From: a virus | DNA length: 64,000 nucleotides | Strand: one strand, 5' to 3' | Virus record (IMG/VR): IMGVR_UViG_3300013131_004463 | Location: 1 to 64,000 of that record | Shown: in pieces, positions 19,259 to 28,526 of the stretch | Position numbering within the stretch: position 1 is the stretch's first letter | Layout of the letters: each line of letters opens with the position of its first letter | The notes under the pieces: model-generated | Databases searched by the model: none | What the model saw: only the letters and a program-made list of their open reading frames with translations | Told to the model about the DNA's origin: nothing | Program-made: the position numbers and the translations under genes

Positions 19259-20386
19259 ATGAATACTATTATTGATCTAGGAGAGATACCTTTAGTTAAT
19301 AATCTATGCCTCTCTAAAGAAGAATCTTTAAATTGTAAAAAGTTTCCATTAAAAATAATTCAAAAAGAAGATCTAATTATGAAATTAGAGCTAGAAATTA
19401 ATTCTAATGATATGTTCTTTAATTATCTTTATAGAACAGCAGTAAACACTCCTTACATAGACCATTGTAAAAAAATGTGGAAACAATTAGAAAAATATAA
19501 TCCTAAAACCATAGTTGATATTGGCGGTAATGATGGATCTTTATTAAAATGCTTCAAATCAGAATCAAAAACTAATTTAAAATTAATAAATGTTGATGCT
19601 AGTTCATCTTTTAAAGAAGAAAATGAAAAAAATGGAATTATATATCATAATGCTTATTGGGGAGATTTTATACTTGATGAAAAAATAGATTTAATTACAT
19701 CTACGAATGTATTTCAGCATAATCCAGACTATCGTAAATTTTTAAAAGGTATAAAAGATAATTTAAATGGTATTTGGGTTTTAGAGTTTCCATATTTTTT
19801 ACATACAGTTAAAACTAATCAATTTGATCAAATTTATCACGAACATGTCTATTATTGGCTAGTAACACCTTTGATTAAATTGTTCAGAGAATATGATTTA
19901 AAAATACAATCAATCACGCAATATGATATGCATGGAGGATCTCTTAGAATCATATCTTCAAATAGAACAGAAGATCAAGAGAACAAAGAAATTATTAATT
20001 ATTATTTAAACATAGAAAGAGATTTTAATTTTAAAAATTGGGGCAAACAAATAAAAAATAGAATAATTCAAGATTTAAATTTTATAAACTCATTAAATGG
20101 TGAAATTGCTGTATTTGGTGCAGCTGCAAAAGGTTGTGTTTATTTAAACACATTAAATATCTCAAATAAAATATCATATATTGTAGATGATACAAAAGAA
20201 AAGCAAAACAAATTTTGTCCAGGAACTGGATTGAGAATTGTTGATAGGGAATATTTTTACAAAAATAATCCAGATTATTTGATTATTTTAGCTCATAATT
20301 TTAAGGATTATATTACTAAGTCAATTAGAAATGATGGATTTAAAAATAGAATCATAACTATGATACCCAATATACAAATATATTGA
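19259..20386 (+). CDS. NDP-hexose C-methyltransferase
   Basis: DLGEIPLVN, DIGGNDG, FDQIYHEH, HGGSLR, FGAAAKG and KQNKFCPG. Confidence 0.85.
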   Translation: MNTIIDLGEIPLVNNLCLSKEESLNCKKFPLKIIQKEDLIMKLELEINSNDMFFNYLYRTAVNTPYIDHCKKMWKQLEKYNPKTIVDIGGNDGSLLKCFKSESKTNLKLINVDASSSFKEENEKNGIIYHNAYWGDFILDEKIDLITSTNVFQHNPDYRKFLKGIKDNLNGIWVLEFPYFLHTVKTNQFDQIYHEHVYYWLVTPLIKLFREYDLKIQSITQYDMHGGSLRIISSNRTEDQENKEIINYYLNIERDFNFKNWGKQIKNRIIQDLNFINSLNGEIAVFGAAAKGCVYLNTLNISNKISYIVDDTKEKQNKFCPGTGLRIVDREYFYKNNPDYLIILAHNFKDYITKSIRNDGFKNRIITMIPNIQIY

Positions 20387-20411
20387 CATTTATATATAAA
20401 AATATTAAAAT
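20383..20411 (+). promoter_or_regulatory. Sigma70 promoter, predicted leaderless
   Basis: TTGACA-17-TAAAAT, 6 nt before ATG 20418. Confidence 0.7.
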
Positions 20412-20417
20412 TATACA

Positions 20418-21722
20418 ATGACAAAAAAAGACAAGATCTTAAATTTCATAAATTCTTTAGAACAAGAGGAAAACACTTTTATTCCTCAGTTTTGCCATAA
20501 TTTAAAAGATACAAAAAATAAAGTATACTATGGCGGACCATCATATACAAAAGAAGAACTTGTAGAAGCTATAGATACCCTTCTATTTGGCAAATGGTTA
20601 GCTAGTGGTGAAAATGTAGCCAGATTTGAAAAAGAATTTTCAAAGAGAATTAATGAAAAGTACTCTGTCATGGTTAATTCTGGTAGCTCTGCTAACCTAG
20701 TAATGATTGCAGCACTTAAGAAGTATTTTAATTGGAAAGATAATGATGAGATTTTAGTTTCAGTAGTAGGTTTTCCAACTACATTAAATCCTATTATTCA
20801 AAATAATCTAAAACCAGTATTTGTAGATATTGAGTTCGAAACGCTAAACTTTGATCTAGATCAACTAGAACAAAAGATCGGTAAAAATACGAAAGCTATA
20901 TTTATATCGCCAGTATTAGGAAATCCACCAGATTTTGATAAACTTATTGAAATTTCTGAAAAACATAATATTCAACTAATTTTAGATGGATGTGATAGCT
21001 TTGGAAGCAAATGGAAAGATAAACATTTAAATGAATATTGCATAGCTTCTAGTTGCTCATTCTACCCAGCGCATCATTTAACTACTGGAGAGGGAGGCAT
21101 GGTCTCTTCTAATATCGAAGAAATCATTAACTTAGCAAGAAGTTTTGCGTGGTGGGGAAGAGATTGTTATTGCATTGGTGCTTGTAATCTTTTGAAGAAT
21201 GGAAGTTGTAATTCTAGATTTTCCAACTGGATTAAAGAAGTACCATATAATATTGATCATAAATATTTCTTTACTCAAATTGGATACAATTTAAAACCGT
21301 TGGATTTACAAGGTTCAATTGGATTAGTTCAATTAAAAAAAATGCATGAATTTCATAGCGCAAGAGTATCAAATAAAAATAAAATTCAAAATATTTTATC
21401 TAAAATTCCTAATTTGAAATTTCCGTCTGTTTTTGAAAGTGCAGACGTTTCTTGGTTTGGAGTGCCAATTATTTGTGGTTGTTATCTATCTAAAAATAAT
21501 CTAGTAAATTATTTAGAAGAAAATGGAGTTCAAACTAGAAATTACTTTGCTGGAAATATACTTTTACATCCAGCCTATAAACATTTAGAAGATTGGAAAA
21601 ATTATCCTAACGCTAATACTGTTCTTGAAAAAGTATTTTTTGTCGGATGTTCTCCAACTATTAGTGAAAGTAACATAGAGTATCTAGAAGGTGTTATTCA
21701 TAGATATGATATCAAAAATTGA
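20418..21722 (+). CDS. rfbH: CDP-4-keto-6-deoxyglucose 3-dehydratase (RfbH/DdhC; PMP- and Fe-S-dependent)
   Basis: NSGSSANL, SFYPAHH (His at the PLP-Lys position), TGEGG, WGRDCYC Cys cluster and GYNLKP. Confidence 0.85.
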   Translation: MTKKDKILNFINSLEQEENTFIPQFCHNLKDTKNKVYYGGPSYTKEELVEAIDTLLFGKWLASGENVARFEKEFSKRINEKYSVMVNSGSSANLVMIAALKKYFNWKDNDEILVSVVGFPTTLNPIIQNNLKPVFVDIEFETLNFDLDQLEQKIGKNTKAIFISPVLGNPPDFDKLIEISEKHNIQLILDGCDSFGSKWKDKHLNEYCIASSCSFYPAHHLTTGEGGMVSSNIEEIINLARSFAWWGRDCYCIGACNLLKNGSCNSRFSNWIKEVPYNIDHKYFFTQIGYNLKPLDLQGSIGLVQLKKMHEFHSARVSNKNKIQNILSKIPNLKFPSVFESADVSWFGVPIICGCYLSKNNLVNYLEENGVQTRNYFAGNILLHPAYKHLEDWKNYPNANTVLEKVFFVGCSPTISESNIEYLEGVIHRYDIKN

Positions 21723-22527
21723 TCTTTTTGGCGGAACAGGTTTTGTAGGTAGTAATTTTTACAATTTATATAAATCAGAAACCTATATTCATCCAAGAGA
21801 AGACAATGTTCCACTTTATCGGGATGTTTTATACATGATTAGTACAACTGATAATTATAATGTTCTTGAGAATCCATATAAAGATATAGAAGTTAATTTA
21901 ACTAAATTAATTAAAGTGTTAGAAAGCTGTAAGAATAAAAATATTATTTTTAACTTTGTAAGTTCTTGGTTTGTCTATGGCGATGTTGAATTACCAGCGA
22001 AAGAAAGTTATTGCTGTAATCCTAAAGGATTTTATTCTATTACAAAGAAATGCGCAGAAGATTTACTTGTAAGCTATTGTAAAACATTTAATATAAATTA
22101 TAGAATATTCCGACTAGCAAATGTATATGGAAATAAAGATATTGGAGTATCTAAAAAGAAAAATGCTTTAACATATTTAATTAATGAAATAAGAAATAAT
22201 CAAAATATTAATTTATATTTTAATGGAGAATTTATAAGAGATTATATTCACGTAGAAGACGTTTGTAAAGCCATAAAACTCTGTATAGATAAGGGTAATT
22301 TAAATGAAGTATATAATATTGGAAATGGAGAACCTTTAATATTTAAAGATATTATAGATTATGTAATTAATAAAATTTCTTCAAAATCATTAGTAACTGC
22401 TATAGACCAACCAGAATTTCATAAAATAGTTCAAGTAAAAGATATGTATTTAGATAATAATAAAATTAAACAATTAGGTTTTAAAAAAGAAATTGACATT
22501 TATCAAGGAATTGATAGACTTATATAA
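21706..22527 (+). CDS. NAD-dependent epimerase/dehydratase (SDR)
   Basis: FGGTGFVG, SSWFVYG, YSITK, RLANVYG and RDYIHVED. Confidence 0.85.
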   Translation: MISKIDLFGGTGFVGSNFYNLYKSETYIHPREDNVPLYRDVLYMISTTDNYNVLENPYKDIEVNLTKLIKVLESCKNKNIIFNFVSSWFVYGDVELPAKESYCCNPKGFYSITKKCAEDLLVSYCKTFNINYRIFRLANVYGNKDIGVSKKKNALTYLINEIRNNQNINLYFNGEFIRDYIHVEDVCKAIKLCIDKGNLNEVYNIGNGEPLIFKDIIDYVINKISSKSLVTAIDQPEFHKIVQVKDMYLDNNKIKQLGFKKEIDIYQGIDRLI

Positions 22528-22853
22528 TGTCAAAACACAAGCTTTGCCAATTACTAGTAAAAAAATTTGTAAAAGGAGATGTTAATTGGCCAAGAGAAAT
22601 TAAAATAGCTCAAAAACTAGTTAAAAGATTTAAAGAATTTGAATTTTGGAATAATCTTAAAGAACTAGGAAGTCCACCGCCATCATTAGCTTGGTTTCTT
22701 AAAACTGAAGGGAAAGCTTTTTTATTAAAAGAATATGAGAGTTTTAATATAAAATTAAATATACCTAAAATAAAATTAAAAGAAAATAAAGTAGAAGATG
22801 ATAAAAAGATTTGCAAAAAACCAAAAACATTGTTAGACTTTATAAGAAGATAA
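22527..22853 (+). CDS. Hypothetical protein
   Basis: 108-aa ORF; promoter TTGACA-16-TAGACT at 22493-22520. Confidence 0.65.
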   Translation: MSKHKLCQLLVKKFVKGDVNWPREIKIAQKLVKRFKEFEFWNNLKELGSPPPSLAWFLKTEGKAFLLKEYESFNIKLNIPKIKLKENKVEDDKKICKKPKTLLDFIRR

Positions 22854-22854
22854 A

Positions 22855-23562
22855 ATGAAAAATACAGCTCTTACATCAGCAATAAACTATAATGATTATT
22901 TGAAAATTTTTAAACAACATAATTATGATTATTTTGATGAAATATATGTTGTAACAGATTTAAATAAAGATGAAGAGTTAGAGCAAATATGTAGCCAATC
23001 TAAATTTAAATTAATAAAAACAGATAAATTTTATAGTTTTCAAAATCAACCAGCTAAATTTAACAGGGGCGCAGCGTATACATACGCTATGAGTTTATTT
23101 GAAAATCCCGAAATAATTACTATAATAGACGCGGATACATTACTTCCAGAAATCTATCATCTTATATTTAAAGAATTAAAATCAAGAGGTAAATTTGATC
23201 AAATGATAAGCGCCAGAAGATTTGTTCTAGAAACTTATCAGGATTATTCAAAAGTTTTTATTGAAAAAGATGTTAATTATACTCCAGAAATGAGAAGTTT
23301 TGATTGGGGTTGGGGATATCTTCAAATTTTTCATGCAGGAAGTAAATGGTTAAAAAATGGACTAATATATCCAGAAAATTATGACTGCGCTGTTTCAGAT
23401 TTTATGTTTAGAAAACAATTCGGATGGCACATTTTTAGGCAAGATACAGAAGAGCATTATTGGGACCCAGAAGCACAAATTTGTTTAAGACAGCATTCAG
23501 TTTATGGACTTGGTCCGAATAATATAAATTCTAGAGGTAGAAACGCGCCAGCATTTAAATAA
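22855..23562 (+). CDS. Putative GT-A fold glycosyltransferase
   Basis: YVVTD, FNRG, IIDADTLL, GYLQIF and SDFMF. Confidence 0.6.
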   Translation: MKNTALTSAINYNDYLKIFKQHNYDYFDEIYVVTDLNKDEELEQICSQSKFKLIKTDKFYSFQNQPAKFNRGAAYTYAMSLFENPEIITIIDADTLLPEIYHLIFKELKSRGKFDQMISARRFVLETYQDYSKVFIEKDVNYTPEMRSFDWGWGYLQIFHAGSKWLKNGLIYPENYDCAVSDFMFRKQFGWHIFRQDTEEHYWDPEAQICLRQHSVYGLGPNNINSRGRNAPAFK

Positions 23563-23601
23563 TTTTCTTGCATTTTATTTAAAAAAAGATATAATAAAAT
23601 T

Positions 23602-24744
23602 ATGGGTAGGAAACCTAAAGAAGAAATTGTTGAATCTACTGGTCCAAGCGCATCAGATAGATTATTATCATTTTTAAAAGATAATAAAGAAGATCACTAT
23701 AACTTTGAAGAAGATACTTATTACAAAGTATCTACTGGCAGTCTTAATTTAGACATTATCACAGGAGGAGGACTATCTCCTGGGCTTCATAGATTTATTG
23801 GTCAAACAGAAGGCGGAAAAAGTAGTCAGTCTCTTGAGGTAGCTAAAAATTTTCTTAAAATAGTAAAAGAATCTAGAGCCTTGTTATTTAAAGCTGAAGG
23901 ACGATTAAGTAAAGAGATACAAGAAAGATCTGGAATTAAATTCGTTACAGACCCTAAAGAATGGGTAGACGGAACATGTTTTGTCTTTGAGTGCAATGTA
24001 TTTGAAACTGTATCTGAATTAATGAAAGATTTAATTCAGTCAAACGACGAAAATAAAAGATACATATTTATTCTTGATTCTGTTGATGGATTAATTACAA
24101 AAGGAGATAAAGAAAAAACATTAAGCGAAGCAACCAAAGTCGCGGGTGGAGCAGTAATTTCCTCTATGTTAATGAAAAAAATCTCTCTCGCGTTATCTAA
24201 ACGTGGTCACATGGCAATCTTTATCAGTCAGGTGAGGTCAGACATTAAGCTTGATCCTTACGCAGCAAATAAAGAAGTAAGACAAACTAGCGCTACTGGA
24301 GGAAATGCTTTATTGCATTTTGCAAATTGGATTCTTGAATTTGAACCTCGCTATAACAAAGACCTTATTCTTGAAAAACCAAATGAAAAATATGATCCAG
24401 TAAAAAATAAAATCATTGGACATAATGTAAAAATTGCTATTAAAAAATCCACAAATGAAACCACAAATTCTAAAGTTCAATATCCAATTAAATATGGTCG
24501 CAAAGATGGAACTTCAATATGGAAAGAATATGAAGTGATAGATCAAATTTTATCTTGGGAATTCGCAACAGCAAAAGGAGCATGGGTTACATTTTCAGAT
24601 GAAATTATAGACGAACTTAAAAAATCTAATATAGAACTTAAGAAACAACATCAGGGTATTGATAATCTAAGATCTTATCTAGAAGAGAATAAAGAAATTA
24701 CAAATTATTTCTATAATAAATTTATTAATACATTAGCTTCATGA
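23602..24744 (+). CDS. recA: RecA-family recombinase
   Basis: STGSLNLD..TGGG, Walker A GQTEGGKS, FILDSV, FISQVR and GGNAL.HFA; promoter TTGCAT-16-TATAAT at 23568-23595. Confidence 0.9.
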   Translation: MGRKPKEEIVESTGPSASDRLLSFLKDNKEDHYNFEEDTYYKVSTGSLNLDIITGGGLSPGLHRFIGQTEGGKSSQSLEVAKNFLKIVKESRALLFKAEGRLSKEIQERSGIKFVTDPKEWVDGTCFVFECNVFETVSELMKDLIQSNDENKRYIFILDSVDGLITKGDKEKTLSEATKVAGGAVISSMLMKKISLALSKRGHMAIFISQVRSDIKLDPYAANKEVRQTSATGGNALLHFANWILEFEPRYNKDLILEKPNEKYDPVKNKIIGHNVKIAIKKSTNETTNSKVQYPIKYGRKDGTSIWKEYEVIDQILSWEFATAKGAWVTFSDEIIDELKKSNIELKKQHQGIDNLRSYLEENKEITNYFYNKFINTLAS

Positions 24745-25160
24745 GACTTTTAAATATTAACGGCAAACTCGTTAATAAAAATGTAAGAAAAAATCTTATA
24801 AACTGGGAAGGCAAAAGTCGTAGTAAATTACAATTTAAATTTAAACAATTTTTTTATCCATATTGGAAAAATCATATTGTTTATGAGGAGTTCCCTGTAT
24901 ATGGAAGTATGCTTAAAGTTGATATATTAAATGCAACAAAAAAGATAGCCGTTGAGATACAAGGAGATCAGCACGAATCATTTAATGAATTTTTTCATGA
25001 TCATTCTAGATTAAAATATCTTCAAAGCATAAAAAGAGATGTAAAAAAAGAAAAATGGTTAGACATGAATGAATTTAAATTTCTTGAATTGTATGAAAAT
25101 GATTTGAAAAATTTATCACCACAATATATAGAAGAAAAAACTGGAATTTTAATTATTTAA
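24741..25160 (+). CDS. PD-(D/E)XK nuclease (DUF559/Vsr-like)
   Basis: EEFPV...KVDILN...IAVEIQGDQH...RDVKK. Confidence 0.7.
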   Translation: MRLLNINGKLVNKNVRKNLINWEGKSRSKLQFKFKQFFYPYWKNHIVYEEFPVYGSMLKVDILNATKKIAVEIQGDQHESFNEFFHDHSRLKYLQSIKRDVKKEKWLDMNEFKFLELYENDLKNLSPQYIEEKTGILII

Positions 25161-25175
25161 GTGTAAAACTTTTTA

Positions 25176-25454
25176 GTGATAAACAAAAAGAAAACTTTTA
25201 AAGTACCAGATTCTCTTTTAAAACAAATTGATGAGTGCAGCTTCGGCGGATATATAATGTTTAACTTTTCGAGTAAAGGCGAGCCTCAAGTATTTACAAA
25301 ATTTGATAATCAAATAAATGCCATGGCTCTTTTATATTATGTTAATACATGGAGTCAAAGCATAGATCAACTAAATTTAGAAGCAACAACAGACCAAATA
25401 GCAAAAACTAATCAAGACGACGATAATTTTGACGAACCAGAAAATAAAGATTAA
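25176..25454 (+). CDS. Small hypothetical protein with acidic tail
   Basis: 92-aa ORF; GTGTAA at 25161-25166. Confidence 0.65.
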   Translation: MINKKKTFKVPDSLLKQIDECSFGGYIMFNFSSKGEPQVFTKFDNQINAMALLYYVNTWSQSIDQLNLEATTDQIAKTNQDDDNFDEPENKD

Positions 25455-25495
25455 AACTTGACTTTTAATTTTTGTTCTGATATCATATATATTGG

Positions 25496-26980
25496 ATGAT
25501 TTACTCTTTACAAGTAGAAAGACATGTATTAAGCGGTTTATTAAAACACCAAGATCTTTTTGCAGATATTGATGTTTTTTTAACAGAAAATGATTTTTAT
25601 AACGATGTTCATTCCACAATATATACTGTGTTTAAAAATATAAAACACAAAGGAGAGAATGTAGATAAAATACTGTTAGCAGAAAAGATAAAAAATCTAG
25701 GCATCTCATTTAAAGATGAGATTAATATTTTTGATTATATTGATAATTTAAGCTTCTCTCAAATCACAGAACAAGCAACGATTAATTCTTGTAAAGAATT
25801 AATTAAATTAAGAATAAGAAGAGAGATATCTCAAACAGCGGATAAACTAAAAGAATATATTAATAAAAACTCAGAAGATTCTGTAGATCAGATCATTGGC
25901 AAAATAGATCAAATATACAATAAAAAAATATCATCATATTCTGAAAATGATGTGCCAATTAATATTTTTGAAGGAGTAGAAGATCTTGTTGAGGATATTG
26001 GAAATACGCCAAAAGATGAAACAGGATTAATTACTCCATATTCAGAATTTAATAGAATGTATGGTGGTTTAAAAAATAATAATATTTATGCTATTGCAAG
26101 TAGACCTGGTCAAGGAAAATCAACTTGGCTAAACGATATTTGTTTTAAAACTTCTATTAATCCAAAAAACAAAACTAAAACCCTAATTCTTGATACAGAA
26201 ATGCAAACTATAGACATTCAATTAAGAATGGTGGCTTCTTTAACTGATGTTCCAGTTTGGTATCTTGAAACTGGAAATTGGCGCAAAAATGAAGAGATGA
26301 CAAAAAAAGTAAGAGCAGCTTGGGAAAAAGTAAAAACGTACGAATATTTTCATTACCATGTAGGAAATAAAAATATAGATCAAGTATGCTCTATTATTCG
26401 TAGATGGTATCTTTCAAAAGTTGGCCGAGGAAATCAAGCAATGATTGCCTATGATTATATTAAATTAACTGGCGAAAAGGTCGGAGCAAATTGGGCAGAG
26501 CATCAAGCTATCGGAGAAAAGATTGATAAACTCAAAAGAGTTTCAGAGGAAATACATTGCCCCATTGTTACTGCTATGCAATTAAATAGAACTGGCGAAA
26601 GTTTTAATAGAAATTCTAATAATGTAGTAGATGACAGCTCTGTGATTTCTCTTTCAGATAGACTACAATGGTTTGCTTCATTTGTAGCCATCTTTAGAAG
26701 GAAAACTTTAGATGAAGTTACGCTAGATGGTCAAGCATTTGGAACGCATAAATTAATTCCAACAAAAACTAGATTCCAAGGTAAAGACGCAGCTGGGCAT
26801 CAAGATCTTGTTAGAAGACTAGACTCTTCTGGAAAAGAAATATGGGCCCAAAATTATCTTAATTATCAAGTAACAAATTTTAATATAGAAGAACGCGGGT
26901 CTTTAAGAGATGTTGCTGAAAGCCAAAGAGAGCAATATGAACTAAATGATTCGAATAGAAATGATGGAGAGTTACTATGA
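25496..26980 (+). CDS. dnaB: Replicative DNA helicase
   Basis: DnaB N-terminal domain, ASRPGQGKST, DTEM, YDYIKL and AMQLNR; promoter TTGACT-17-TATCAT at 25458-25486. Confidence 0.92.
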   Translation: MIYSLQVERHVLSGLLKHQDLFADIDVFLTENDFYNDVHSTIYTVFKNIKHKGENVDKILLAEKIKNLGISFKDEINIFDYIDNLSFSQITEQATINSCKELIKLRIRREISQTADKLKEYINKNSEDSVDQIIGKIDQIYNKKISSYSENDVPINIFEGVEDLVEDIGNTPKDETGLITPYSEFNRMYGGLKNNNIYAIASRPGQGKSTWLNDICFKTSINPKNKTKTLILDTEMQTIDIQLRMVASLTDVPVWYLETGNWRKNEEMTKKVRAAWEKVKTYEYFHYHVGNKNIDQVCSIIRRWYLSKVGRGNQAMIAYDYIKLTGEKVGANWAEHQAIGEKIDKLKRVSEEIHCPIVTAMQLNRTGESFNRNSNNVVDDSSVISLSDRLQWFASFVAIFRRKTLDEVTLDGQAFGTHKLIPTKTRFQGKDAAGHQDLVRRLDSSGKEIWAQNYLNYQVTNFNIEERGSLRDVAESQREQYELNDSNRNDGELL

Positions 26981-27633
26981 ACGTTGAATTAATATCTGTA
27001 ACAAAACCAGAAATTAAAGATATTAAAAAAGCAGAAGATTTAGTAGCTTATTGCGCTAGGGTAAGTAATCCTTCCAATCAATTAAATTTAGATACTGCGC
27101 CTAAATTATTAAAATTTTTAATAAACCATAAACATTGGTCGCCATTTGAGATGGTAGATATGTGCGTAGAGATTAAAACTAGTAGAGCTATTGCAGCTCA
27201 AATCTTAAGACACAAATCATTCTTTTTTCAAGAGTATAGTTTAAGATATAGCGCCGCCGTAGATTACGAAGATATTGAATTAAGATTACAAGGAGATAAA
27301 AATAGGCAAGTTGGAGAAAAATTATTGCCAACAGGCACAGACGCTTATGATAAAATTAATGAACTTTTGATAGAATCTTTATCCTTGTCTCAGCATTGTT
27401 ATGAAACTATGATAGAAAATGGCGTAGCAAAAGAAGTGGCGAGAATGATACTACCATTGACAACTCAAACAACAATGTACATGAAGGGGACTCTAAGAAG
27501 TTGGATCCATTATATAGAATTAAGAACAGAACAAAACACTCAGAAAGAGCACAGAGAAATTGCTGAAAAATGTAAAAAAATATTTGTTAAAGAATTTCCA
27601 ATAATTAGCGAGGCTTTAGAATGGAACAAATAA
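26977..27633 (+). CDS. thyX: FAD-dependent thymidylate synthase
   Basis: ARVS, HWSPFE, QILRHKSFFFQEYSLRY, EVARMILP and Q.EHR. Confidence 0.93.
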   Translation: MNVELISVTKPEIKDIKKAEDLVAYCARVSNPSNQLNLDTAPKLLKFLINHKHWSPFEMVDMCVEIKTSRAIAAQILRHKSFFFQEYSLRYSAAVDYEDIELRLQGDKNRQVGEKLLPTGTDAYDKINELLIESLSLSQHCYETMIENGVAKEVARMILPLTTQTTMYMKGTLRSWIHYIELRTEQNTQKEHREIAEKCKKIFVKEFPIISEALEWNK

Positions 27634-28526
27634 GCATTTACGAGATCCTAACAGAACTAGGATATCAATTAAAAGATTATGGTAAAGAGTTTAGAACAAA
27701 ACCTCTTTATAGAGATAGCGATAACGATACTGTATTAAGAATATACAAAGATACAGGAAAATGGTTTGACTTTAAACAAAATATTAGTGGAGATATAAAT
27801 TCATTAGTAAGATTAACTTTAAAAATTGATGATCCAGATAAAGCTCAAGAATGGTTAAAAAATAAAAATTTTACTACAAACTATAGCATAGAATATACAA
27901 AACCAATTCTTAAATCAACAAAGAAATTTGATATTAATTTATTAGAGAATCTTGAGTATAATCATTCATATTGGAATAAAAGATCTATCACTAACGATAC
28001 CTTAATTCAATTTAAAGGTGGAGTTGGAAAAGCTGGTAAAATGAAAAATAGATATGTTTTTCCAATTTTTGATATAAGAAATGATATAATCGGTTTTTCT
28101 GGTAGAGATATTACTAATTTATCTAAAATAAAATGGAAACATCTTGGAGAAAAAAATGATTTTTTATATCCTTTATTTTTAAATTCAAACATTATAGAAG
28201 AACAAAAAGAAATCATTCTTGTAGAAAGCATTGGGGATATGCTTAGCCTTTGGCAAAATAATATCAAAAATGTATTAGTTATTTTTGGCACAAATCTTAG
28301 TCTTTCAGTTTTAAATTATTGTTTAAAAACAGACATGAAGAAAATATATATAAGTTTAAATAATGATTCTGAAAAAAATAAAGCTGGAAATATTGCTGCA
28401 GAAAAAACCTACTTTAGATTAAAAAGATACTTTGACGACAAACAACTTAAAATAGCATTACCAATAAAAAAAGATTTTGGTGAAATGACCTCTGAGGAAA
28501 TATTACAATGGAAAAAGAGTCTTTAA
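27621..28526 (+). CDS. dnaG: DNA primase (DnaG-like TOPRIM)
   Basis: NRYVFPI, IGFSGR, ILVESIGD, FGT, LNND and KDFGEM. Confidence 0.8.
   Translation: MEQISIYEILTELGYQLKDYGKEFRTKPLYRDSDNDTVLRIYKDTGKWFDFKQNISGDINSLVRLTLKIDDPDKAQEWLKNKNFTTNYSIEYTKPILKSTKKFDINLLENLEYNHSYWNKRSITNDTLIQFKGGVGKAGKMKNRYVFPIFDIRNDIIGFSGRDITNLSKIKWKHLGEKNDFLYPLFLNSNIIEEQKEIILVESIGDMLSLWQNNIKNVLVIFGTNLSLSVLNYCLKTDMKKIYISLNNDSEKNKAGNIAAEKTYFRLKRYFDDKQLKIALPIKKDFGEMTSEEILQWKKSL

Noticed and set aside
4786-23562. Bacterial O-antigen or capsule locus
   Set aside because: No flippase, polymerase, exporter or initiating transferase; same composition and promoter style as the phage genes
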